Origin: an uncultured Candidatus Saccharibacteria bacterium
GTDB taxonomy: Bacteria > Patescibacteriota > Minisyncoccia > 2-01-FULL-47-10 > JBBTYX01
Length of the DNA stretch: 32,924 nt
Direction: 5' to 3'
Assembly (NCBI GenBank): GCA_964436845.1
Contig: CAYTEF010000003.1
Span: 1 to 32,924 of the forward strand
Position 1 is the first letter of the stretch; each line of letters opens with the position of its first letter. Position numbers and translations under genes: made by a program. This document shows positions 8,254-15,392 of this stretch, one piece after another. The notes under the pieces are model-generated. The model saw nothing but the letters and a program-made list of their open reading frames with translations, was not told the origin of the DNA and did not search any database.

Positions 8254-10728
8254 TCAAGGGATCACAAAATTTATCAACTTATTGGGGACAAAGACTATCT
8301 TTTTAGGCTCGCCTGCAATCCAGTGGGTGATGGCTTCATCCTGCTTGGCAAGCGTGACTGCCTCTTCTTGCGACAAACCCATAGGGGCAGTGATTTTTCC
8401 CCGCAACTTGCCGTTGACCTGAACGATAAAGGTAATGGTGCCTTCCTGCGTAAGTGCTTCGTCAAATGACGGGAAAGATTCTTTATGAACGCTCGTTTTA
8501 TGGCCAAGCTTTGCCCACAGCTCTTCGGAAAGGTGAGGCGCGAATGGAGCAAGGAGTTTTGTAAACGTTTCATAAAGCTCCTTTCCGTAAATACCCTCAT
8601 GGAGCGTATTCACAAAGACCATGAGCGCGGAAATCGCGGTATTAAACTTTAATTCCTCTAAATCTTGAATTATTTTTTTAATCGTTTTATGGACAAACCG
8701 CAGCGTTGTTTCGTCCGTAGTTGCAGGCTTTCCTGCTCCTTTAAGCACAAAGCGGGAAGCCCTCTCCAAAAATCGGGCGATACCGTTAATTGCGCCGGGG
8801 CTCCAGGGGCCGCCTTGATCATACGGGCCCAAAAATTCTAAAAACATGCGCACCGCATCCGACCCGTACTCGGCTACCAACGGGTCTGGATCTATCACAT
8901 TACCGCGCGACTTTGACATTTTCTGTCCGTCAGATCCCAAAATAATGCCCTGATGGCGAAGCTTGGCGAATGGCTCGGTAAAGTGAATGTGCTTTAAGTC
9001 GTAGAGCGCTTTCGTAAAAAAGCGGCTGTATAAAAGATGCAATACCGTGTGTTCTGCCCCGCCGATATAAATATCCACGGGCAGCCATGCTTTCATTTTG
9101 TCCTTATTGGCAAATACTTTATCATTTTGAGGATCAGTATAGCGCAAATAATACCAGGAAGAATCCACAAAGGTATCCATGGTATCGGTCTCGCGCGTAG
9201 CCGGGCCTTTGCACTTGGGGCAGGAGGTGTTTACGAATTCCTTTACTTTTGCCAAAGGCGAGCGGCCGTCATCGGCAGGGTGAAAGTTTTTTAATTCGGG
9301 CAGTAATACCGGCAATTCTTTTTCGGGCACCGGAACAAGTCCGCATTTGGGACATTCCACCATAGGAATCGGCGCGCCCCAGTATCGCTGGCGCGACACA
9401 ATCCAGTCCCGAAGTTTGTATTGCACCTTCGGCTCTCCGAATTCTTTAGCCATCAAGGGAATTGCTTCCTGCGATTTCATCCCGGTGAATTTTCCTGAAT
9501 TAGCCAATATCCCTTCCCCTGTATATGCTTCCTCTTGATTTCCTTTTTGCGAGGCGATGACCTCAATAATAGGCAGTCCAAATGTTTTTGCAAATTCAAA
9601 GTCGCGCTCGTCATGCGCGGGCACGGCCATAATCGCTCCGGTGCCGTATTCACCTAACACATAGTCCGCAACCCAGATAGGAATTTCTTTATTAGTTGCA
9701 GGGTTAATCGCTTTTATGCCTTGTATCTCAACCCCAGTTTTTTGTTTTTGTTCAGCCTGTCGTTGCAAGGGTGTTTTTTTTAGTGATTGCTTGATGTATT
9801 CTTGTACTTCCTCATAATTCCTAATTCCTGATTCCTGATTCCTTAAGATTGGATGCTCGGGCGCTAATACCAAGTACGTCGCTCCAAAAATAGTATCCGG
9901 CCTTGTGGTAAATACTTTGATTTGCATCAAAGTCGCGGAATCACGCAGAACCGACGCTGAATTACGCTGAATTTTTTCTGCTTTTTTCTGCGTAAAGTCT
10001 GCGTATATCTGCGAGGAGTAGTGGAGCGGGAATACTATTTGCGCTCCACTACTCCTACCAATCCAGTTTTTTTGCATTGTTTTTGTGCGATCCGGCCAGT
10101 CAAGTATATCCAAATCATCCAGCAAGCGCTGGGCGTAATCGGTAATGGTAAATACCCATTGATCAATCTGGCGTTGCAATACTTCAGTATTGCAACGCTC
10201 GCATCGGCCCTCCACTACTTGTTCGTTTGCAAGCACGGTTTTGCACGAGGGGCACCAGTTTGCCCACGTTTTTCGTTTTTGCGCTTTGCCCGCCTTGAAC
10301 ATTTGCAAAAACATCCATTGTGTCCATTTATAATAGTCGGGGTTGCAGGTAATAAGCTCGCGCGACCAGTCATACATTGGCCCCATGGATTTTAATTGCA
10401 CCCGCATTGTTTCAATATTCTGAAATGTCCAGTCAGCAGGATGGATATTGCGCTTAATCGCGGCATTTTCTGCCGGAAGTCCAAATGCGTCAAAGCCAAT
10501 GGGCGAGAGCACATTGAACCCTTGCATGCGCTTAAAGCGCGCGTAGGTATCAGCGGGAGCAAAGTTATACCAGTGGCCAATATGCAAATCCCCAGAAGGA
10601 TAGGGGAACATCACAAGGTGGTAAAAATTTTTCCTTCTCTTCACCTTATCTTTTGTCTTGTAGAGATTCGCCTTTTCCCACCGCCTCTGCCACTTTTTTT
10701 CTATTTTTGGTAGATCTAATTTTGCCAT
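8254..10728 (-). CDS. leuS: Leucine-tRNA ligase
   Basis: 824-aa ORF with PYPSGDLHIGH, NWIGRS, TTRPDT (CP1 editing domain) and KMSKS. No SD precedes the ATG. Confidence 0.95.
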   Translation of the reverse strand: MAKLDLPKIEKKWQRRWEKANLYKTKDKVKRRKNFYHLVMFPYPSGDLHIGHWYNFAPADTYARFKRMQGFNVLSPIGFDAFGLPAENAAIKRNIHPADWTFQNIETMRVQLKSMGPMYDWSRELITCNPDYYKWTQWMFLQMFKAGKAQKRKTWANWCPSCKTVLANEQVVEGRCERCNTEVLQRQIDQWVFTITDYAQRLLDDLDILDWPDRTKTMQKNWIGRSSGAQIVFPLHYSSQIYADFTQKKAEKIQRNSASVLRDSATLMQIKVFTTRPDTIFGATYLVLAPEHPILRNQESGIRNYEEVQEYIKQSLKKTPLQRQAEQKQKTGVEIQGIKAINPATNKEIPIWVADYVLGEYGTGAIMAVPAHDERDFEFAKTFGLPIIEVIASQKGNQEEAYTGEGILANSGKFTGMKSQEAIPLMAKEFGEPKVQYKLRDWIVSRQRYWGAPIPMVECPKCGLVPVPEKELPVLLPELKNFHPADDGRSPLAKVKEFVNTSCPKCKGPATRETDTMDTFVDSSWYYLRYTDPQNDKVFANKDKMKAWLPVDIYIGGAEHTVLHLLYSRFFTKALYDLKHIHFTEPFAKLRHQGIILGSDGQKMSKSRGNVIDPDPLVAEYGSDAVRMFLEFLGPYDQGGPWSPGAINGIARFLERASRFVLKGAGKPATTDETTLRFVHKTIKKIIQDLEELKFNTAISALMVFVNTLHEGIYGKELYETFTKLLAPFAPHLSEELWAKLGHKTSVHKESFPSFDEALTQEGTITFIVQVNGKLRGKITAPMGLSQEEAVTLAKQDEAITHWIAGEPKKIVFVPNKLINFVIP
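9815..9842. repeat. Heptanucleotide tandem repeat (TRATTCC)x4 inside leuS
   Basis: taattcc taattcc tgattcc tgattcc; encodes RNQESGIRN just after the APEHP motif. Confidence 0.85.
9914..10055 (-). repeat. Hairpin-bounded repeat element, copy B, inserted in frame in leuS
   Basis: Core 9976..10015 matches 71..110 at 36/40. Six 10-11-nt units end in CTGC(G)/GCTGA. Junction hairpins are 10015..10028/10042..10055 (14 bp perfect) and 9914..9921/9926..9933 (8 bp perfect). Confidence 0.75.
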
Positions 10729-10729
10729 A

Positions 10730-11039
10730 CCAGGTAGTAGAAATTTGACTATTTTTTATGTGAATAAAAGTATTCTTTTAGCATACGCTTTAGTAATCGA
10801 CCACCTTGACTCGTTTTAAGGTATTTTTCTCTACGCGTGGCATCTTCTTTATTTTGATATGCTTCGTAGAAAATGAGCTGCCAGGGTCTATAAGGCTTTG
10901 TTGAGAAAACGAGTCCGCGATTATGTTCTTCTATCCGCCTTCTTAAATTTTTAGTATATCCAATATACAACGCATCCTTGGCATTTTTTAGTAAATATAC
11001 ATAGAAGAACATAATCGCTGTCAAATTTTCACTACCTGG
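10730..11039 (-). mobile_element. Inverted-repeat-bracketed GIY-YIG ORF cassette (putative)
   Basis: 10730..10749 (ccaggtagtagaaatttgac) is the reverse complement of 11020..11039 at 18/20 positions. The repeats enclose exactly one small ORF. Confidence 0.4.
10749..11012 (-). CDS. GIY-YIG nuclease family protein (small, about 87 aa)
   Basis: MFFYVYLLKNAKDALYIGYTKNLRRRIEEHNRG contains the GIY-YIG motifs. The ORF-track start 11042 would add MPGSENLTAI, which is encoded by the inverted repeat. Confidence 0.8.
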   Translation of the reverse strand: MFFYVYLLKNAKDALYIGYTKNLRRRIEEHNRGLVFSTKPYRPWQLIFYEAYQNKEDATRREKYLKTSQGGRLLKRMLKEYFYSHKK

Positions 11040-11050
11040 CATATGCTTTG

Positions 11051-11079
11051 ATTATACCGATAAAGCGCCTTATTCGCAA
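11051..11079 (-). promoter_or_regulatory. Strong sigma70-type promoter driving GIY-YIG and leuS
   Basis: Minus strand reads TTGCGA, 17 nt, TATAAT. ATG 11042 lies 8 nt after the -10, so the transcript 5' end is essentially the inverted repeat. Confidence 0.6.
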
Positions 11080-11085
11080 GAATTT

Positions 11086-11114
11086 TTGACTTGCTTTCGG
11101 AATAAAAATAGTAT
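11086..11114 (+). promoter_or_regulatory. Promoter for purC
   Basis: TTGACT, 17 nt, TAGTAT; divergent from the GIY-YIG/leuS promoter. Confidence 0.5.
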
Positions 11115-11273
11115 AGATTTCTCGCATGAGAGAGTCAAAGGAGGATGATTCTTTTTGCTCTCTTAAATTTTGTAGTATGGAGGTATTATGGAACTCATTC
11201 GTAAAGGAAGCGTTAAGGAAATCTATCGCGTGGATCGCAAGAGTCTCGTCTCCGATTTACCGATCAGTTTTCT

Positions 11274-12089
11274 GTGTTTGACTGCGGGCCGCATCCCGAG
11301 ACGATCCCCGAGAAAGGAAAGGCCGTCTGCGATTGTGCGGTAACATCGTTTGAAATCGCAAGACGAGTAGGCGTGTCTACCCATTTCATGGAACGTGTGG
11401 ACGATGTTACGATTCGGGTGTGGGAAGCGCGCGTGGTTACTGATCGGCCCATGGAGCCTACGGAGGAGTGCTATGTCGTTCCTTTAGAGTGGATTACGCG
11501 TTTTGCCGTTTCAGGAAGTATCCTGCGGGATTTTCAGGTTGGGAAGGAAAAGCCATCCGACTACGGATTTCATATGCACAATCTTCCTAAAGAGGGAATG
11601 CACTTTCCTTGGCCAGTCCACCAGCTTACGACGAAGTATGAAAAAGTTGATCGGAAACTTTCTCCCCAAGAGGCGCTTACGCTGGCCGGGCTCTCGTCAG
11701 AAGACGCCGAGCGCTTCTGGAGTATGATTGATCGGCTGGACGGGGCCTTGGCGGAGGCGTTTTTCCGAGCAGGATTTGAGCACTTTGATGGCAAGAAAGA
11801 ATGTATCCTTGACCGGGGGAGAGAACCTATGATTGGAGATGTGTTTGGCACTCCCGATGAAGACCGCCCGGTGTGGCTTGAGGATTTGAAAAAAGGGAGG
11901 ATAGAACACTACGGAAAGGAGTTTTTACGCCAGCACTTCATAAAAACCGGTTTTTATGCTCAAGTGCAGGCAGCTCGCGCAAAAGGGGAGCCGGATCCTC
12001 CCTATCCATTATTACCAGAAGATGTAATAGAACAAGCAATGGATAGGTACAAAATGTTTGCACGAAGATATGTACAATCCATTCGTTAA
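11274..12089 (+). CDS. purC: SAICAR synthase (phosphoribosylaminoimidazole-succinocarboxamide synthase); the N-terminus lies in another frame starting at 11188
   Basis: The frame open from 11217 encodes RLRFTDQFSVFDCGPHPETIPEKGKA, an ADE1-type PurC motif. The canonical N-terminus MELIRKGSVKEIYRVD, with GGAGG 4 nt upstream, starts at ATG 11188 in a frame displaced by 1 nt. Confidence 0.8.
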   Translation: MFDCGPHPETIPEKGKAVCDCAVTSFEIARRVGVSTHFMERVDDVTIRVWEARVVTDRPMEPTEECYVVPLEWITRFAVSGSILRDFQVGKEKPSDYGFHMHNLPKEGMHFPWPVHQLTTKYEKVDRKLSPQEALTLAGLSSEDAERFWSMIDRLDGALAEAFFRAGFEHFDGKKECILDRGREPMIGDVFGTPDEDRPVWLEDLKKGRIEHYGKEFLRQHFIKTGFYAQVQAARAKGEPDPPYPLLPEDVIEQAMDRYKMFARRYVQSIR

Positions 12090-12095
12090 ATAATG

Positions 12096-12117
12096 AGGGA
12101 GCACTAATGTGCTCCCT
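12096..12117. terminator. Hairpin between convergent purC and miaA
   Basis: Perfect 9-bp stem agggagcac/gtgctccct with loop taat. There is no clear T-tract. Confidence 0.5.
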
Positions 12118-12120
12118 GAA

Positions 12121-13071
12121 TTACTTCTTGAGGAATTGCTGAATATCCGCTTGCGCTTCCTTAAGATTTTTTACCCAGTGAATACCTTTTTGTTTGGCAA
12201 ACCAGGTGTATTGTTTTTTGACGAGCGCCTTTGTGTTTTTAATGATGTCGTCCTTGACTTGCTCAAGGGTTTTTTGTTTCTCAAAGAATCCCTGCCATTC
12301 TTTATAGCCGATGGTGCCTAAGAGTAGGTTATTCCATCCGTATTTATCAACAAGAGCTTTGACTTCCTTTTCTAATCCTTGAGCAATCATCTCCTGCGCG
12401 CGTTGATTGATATTTGCAACGAGTTGGTTTTTGGGGATATCAATGCCCAGTTGAAGTATTTGGAACAATTCTGGACCCTTTTTGAGCTGTTTTGAGAAGG
12501 GTTTACCCGTGATCATAGTCACTTCAAGCGCGCGGATGAGTCGCCGTTTATTGTCGTTATCTATCCTTTTTGCACTTTCGGGATCATTATTTTTTAGCAT
12601 TTGATAAAGCTCCTGTTCGCTCTTTCTCTCCAACTCTTCTCGTATTTCCTTTTGGGCGGGCACTTCCGGAATTTGCAGATTATCAAGGATTGCCTTGATA
12701 TAAAGCCCTGTACCGCCCACTAAAAAAGGCAGTTTTCCCCGTGCCTGTATATCTTTAATCACTTCAATCGCGAGCTTTTTATAATTCGCGACACTAAAGT
12801 CTTGATCAGGATTAATGGCATCGAAAAGATAGTAAGAGATTTTCTGTATTTGATATATTGGAATTTTGAATTTATTTGGAAATTGTTTCTTGGAAATTGA
12901 TGCTTCTTTAGCTGTGCTAAAGTTTGGTTTTGCGGTACCAATCGTGAGTTCTTTATATATTTGGCGCGAGTCGGCGTTGATAATCTCTCCACCAAAAACG
13001 CCCGCTAATTCATGGGCGAGCGCTGTTTTGCCGGATGCGGTGGGACCAAGAATAACGATGAGTTTATCCAT
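12121..13071 (-). CDS. miaA: tRNA dimethylallyltransferase
   Basis: MDKLIVILGPTASGKT P-loop and DSRQIYKELTIGTAKP. The ORF-track start 13095 is TTG inside an inverted repeat, so ATG 13071 is preferred. No SD. Confidence 0.9.
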   Translation of the reverse strand: MDKLIVILGPTASGKTALAHELAGVFGGEIINADSRQIYKELTIGTAKPNFSTAKEASISKKQFPNKFKIPIYQIQKISYYLFDAINPDQDFSVANYKKLAIEVIKDIQARGKLPFLVGGTGLYIKAILDNLQIPEVPAQKEIREELERKSEQELYQMLKNNDPESAKRIDNDNKRRLIRALEVTMITGKPFSKQLKKGPELFQILQLGIDIPKNQLVANINQRAQEMIAQGLEKEVKALVDKYGWNNLLLGTIGYKEWQGFFEKQKTLEQVKDDIIKNTKALVKKQYTWFAKQKGIHWVKNLKEAQADIQQFLKK

Positions 13072-13076
13072 AAGTA

Positions 13077-13546
13077 ACAAGGATACAAGAGACAAGCACC
13101 AAACAAATTAAAAATTTGAAATGAAAGAAAACAAAAACAATCAGTTATCAGATTTTTTTATAATCGCTGAGAGAATGTTTCTTAATTCTTGGGCCTCCCG
13201 ATGGAGATTTTCCATTCGAGATTTAAATTGTTCATTAGCTTCTTCTATAAGAATGAGCCAATGCATTGTCTCTTTTGATTCTTTACGCGCAATCTTTAAG
13301 CGGTGGATGAAATCTCTCTTACCTAAAGCGTCATTTGCTTCTCTATAATTTGCTCCTATGGAGCCTGCCGAACCAACTATCTGCCCAATCAAGCGATCAT
13401 TCATAGGGTTTTTGGGAAGTTCTTTGCACAAGCGAATTATGCGTCTTGCGAATTCAGTAGACCTATCTTCAAGGTCATACCTTTTAGTGAAGTTTTGATT
13501 ATTGACCATTAGAATTTGTTTGTATCCTTGCCTCTTGTATCTTGGT
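13077..13546 (-). mobile_element. Inverted-repeat-bracketed four-helix-bundle ORF cassette (putative, IVS-like)
   Basis: 13077..13109 aligns with the reverse complement of 13511..13546 at about 27 of 34 positions. Exact blocks are gatacaagag, caag and aaacaaatt, with one indel. Confidence 0.35.
13141..13509 (-). CDS. Four-helix-bundle protein (23S rRNA intervening-sequence protein / Avd family)
   Basis: 122-aa ORF with the family pattern (ARRIIRLCKELPK..., GSIGANYREA..., FIHRLKIARKESKETMHWL). The start overlaps the last 11 nt of thrS. Confidence 0.8.
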   Translation of the reverse strand: MVNNQNFTKRYDLEDRSTEFARRIIRLCKELPKNPMNDRLIGQIVGSAGSIGANYREANDALGKRDFIHRLKIARKESKETMHWLILIEEANEQFKSRMENLHREAQELRNILSAIIKKSDN

Positions 13547-15265
13547 TATTTTAATAAATTCTTTAAGACTCATAGCTCCCTTATCGTCATCTCCACGTTT
13601 ACGGATGGCGATTTTTTGCTCCTCGGCTTCTTTTTTGCCGATCACCAGCAGATAAGGGATTTTTTGTAGTTCGCCCTCGCGAATTTTTTTGCCTATACTC
13701 TCATTGCGGTCATCAAGCTCTACGCGCAAATTGTGTTTCTCAAGCGTGGATAGCACCTCTCTTGCATAATTTACCACTTCTTCGCTAATAGTAAGAATTT
13801 TTGCCTGCACCGGGGAAAGCCAGAATGGAAAGGCGCCCGCCAGATGTTCAATGAGTATGGAAAGGAAACGCTCGATGGAGCCCATAATGGCTATATGAAT
13901 CATCACAATCCGTTCTTTTCCTCCCTCCTCATTCACGCAGGTAAGATCAAAACGTTCGGGTAAGTTAATATCAAGCTGAATGGTGGCAAGCTGCCATTCT
14001 CTTCCCAATGAATCTTTGGCGATAAAATCAATTTTGGGGCCGTAAAATGCCGCTTCGCCAATCGCTTCCTCGGGGTCTACGTTATTAGTTTTGGCAATCT
14101 CACGCAGTTGCGTCTCGGTTTTTTGCCATAACGCGGCTGTGCCTAAATAATTTTTAAAGTTTTCAGGGTCGTGGAGTGAGAGGCGCACGCGCGTGGAAAG
14201 GTCAACTTTTTTATAAAATGAGTTTACAATACCCCATGTCGCTGCGATTTCTTCCTTAATCTGCGACTGGCGGCAAAACACATGCGAATCGTCTTGCGTG
14301 AATGCCCGCAGGCGTGAAAGCCCGGAAAGTTCTCCTGTCTGCTCGTCGCGGTAGCACATAGTGGTTGAGGCATAGCGTTGGGGCAGTTCGCGATAACTCC
14401 AGAGTTTGCGGCTATAAATTTGCGTATGGTGAGGGCAATTCATGGGCTTCATGGCAAAGGTATGCCCCTCCCGCGACTCTATCTTAAAAAGTTCGTCTTT
14501 AAATTTTTCCCAGTGTCCGCTTTTTTCGTAAAGCTCTTTTTTGGTAATATGGGGGATTTCTACTTTTTGGTAGCCTCGTTCGTGACGAAGCTGCCACACG
14601 GCTTCATCAAGAATGTTTCGTACGAGGGTGCCTTTGGGTGTCCATAAGGGAAGACCCGGCCCGACTAATTCAGAAAACAAAAATAAATCCAACTTTGGCC
14701 CGAGGATTTTATGATCGCGTTTCTTTGCTTCTTCCAGCATGGCCAGATGCGCATCAAGCTCTTTTCTGGTTTGGAAAGCTAACCCATAAATGCGTTGCAA
14801 CTGTTCGCGCTTTTCATCGCCCCGCCAGTACGCGCCAGCAACATGGGTAAGGGTAAAGGCATCAGCAGAAATTTCACTGGTATTTTGCACATGGCCGCCC
14901 TTGCACAGGTCAAAAAAAACCTCACCCGTATAATAGAGAGTAAGCTCTTTGCCCTCTTTGGCGAGTTCATCAATGAGTTCGGACTTAAATGGCTGATGGT
15001 TAAGACGTTTTTTTGCTTCGCTCGCGGTTATTTTTTCTCCCTTAAAGGGCAATTTTTTCTTTATTATGGAGCGCATTTCTTTCTCAAGGCTTTTGAGCAT
15101 GTCGGGAGCAGGTGCTTCCGAAAGCAAAAAATCATAGTAAAACCCGTTTTCAATAACGGGCCCAATACCAAGCTTTGCGTGGGGAAATTGTTTTAATACC
15201 GCCATCGCAAGGATATGTGAAAGAGAGTGACGTATATGCTCTATTTGCATAAAGGTATCAATCAT
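13499..15265 (-). CDS. thrS: Threonine-tRNA ligase (no N-terminal TGS domain)
   Basis: 588-aa ORF that begins directly with the HSLSHILAMAV...GFYYDF second-additional/editing domain, followed by a class II catalytic core and anticodon-binding domain. Confidence 0.95.
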   Translation of the reverse strand: MIDTFMQIEHIRHSLSHILAMAVLKQFPHAKLGIGPVIENGFYYDFLLSEAPAPDMLKSLEKEMRSIIKKKLPFKGEKITASEAKKRLNHQPFKSELIDELAKEGKELTLYYTGEVFFDLCKGGHVQNTSEISADAFTLTHVAGAYWRGDEKREQLQRIYGLAFQTRKELDAHLAMLEEAKKRDHKILGPKLDLFLFSELVGPGLPLWTPKGTLVRNILDEAVWQLRHERGYQKVEIPHITKKELYEKSGHWEKFKDELFKIESREGHTFAMKPMNCPHHTQIYSRKLWSYRELPQRYASTTMCYRDEQTGELSGLSRLRAFTQDDSHVFCRQSQIKEEIAATWGIVNSFYKKVDLSTRVRLSLHDPENFKNYLGTAALWQKTETQLREIAKTNNVDPEEAIGEAAFYGPKIDFIAKDSLGREWQLATIQLDINLPERFDLTCVNEEGGKERIVMIHIAIMGSIERFLSILIEHLAGAFPFWLSPVQAKILTISEEVVNYAREVLSTLEKHNLRVELDDRNESIGKKIREGELQKIPYLLVIGKKEAEEQKIAIRKRGDDDKGAMSLKEFIKITKIQEARIQTNSNGQ

Positions 15266-15353
15266 AGCATAAAAGGGGAGGGTAAGCCAGAGAGATTAAA
15301 ATCCGTCATATACACCTTCCTTTCTTGGCATTCTCTCTGCTTACCCCCTTTTC
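15262..15353 (-). promoter_or_regulatory. Structured thrS leader: 21-bp interrupted hairpin enclosing a 15-codon uORF
   Basis: Arms 15271..15295 and 15332..15352 pair as 8+6+7 bp. The loop carries GGAAGG (15315..15320) and ATG 15309. uORF MTDFNLSGLPSPFML ends in a TGA overlapping the thrS ATG (ATGA). Confidence 0.5.
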
Positions 15354-15360
15354 AAAAAAG

Positions 15361-15392
15361 ATGTAAATAAAATACCTCTTCTGGGGAAGAGG
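15361..15392 (-). terminator. Rho-independent terminator ending the pilus operon
   Basis: Stem cctctt/aagagg (15375..15392), followed on the minus strand by TATTTTATTT. Confidence 0.55.

Noticed and set aside
8295-8600. 101-aa minus-strand ORF, along with several plus-strand ORFs (9037..9294, 10021..10395, 10396..10713), nested in leuS
   Set aside because: These are alternative-frame or antisense ORFs inside a full-length, motif-complete leuS gene.
9951-10013. Regularly spaced short repeats that could be mistaken for a tiny CRISPR-like array
   Set aside because: The units are only 10-11 nt with no spacers. They lie in frame inside leuS, and no cas genes are present.
11145-11204. 19-codon uORF (MILFALLNFVVWRYYGTHS) in the purC leader, overlapping the purC start
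   Set aside because: The GGAGG directly abuts the ATG with no spacer, and I cannot judge conservation. It is probably fortuitous.
13141-13509. Four-helix-bundle gene as the Avd component of a diversity-generating retroelement
   Set aside because: No reverse transcriptase ORF and no template/variable repeat pair are visible anywhere in the window.
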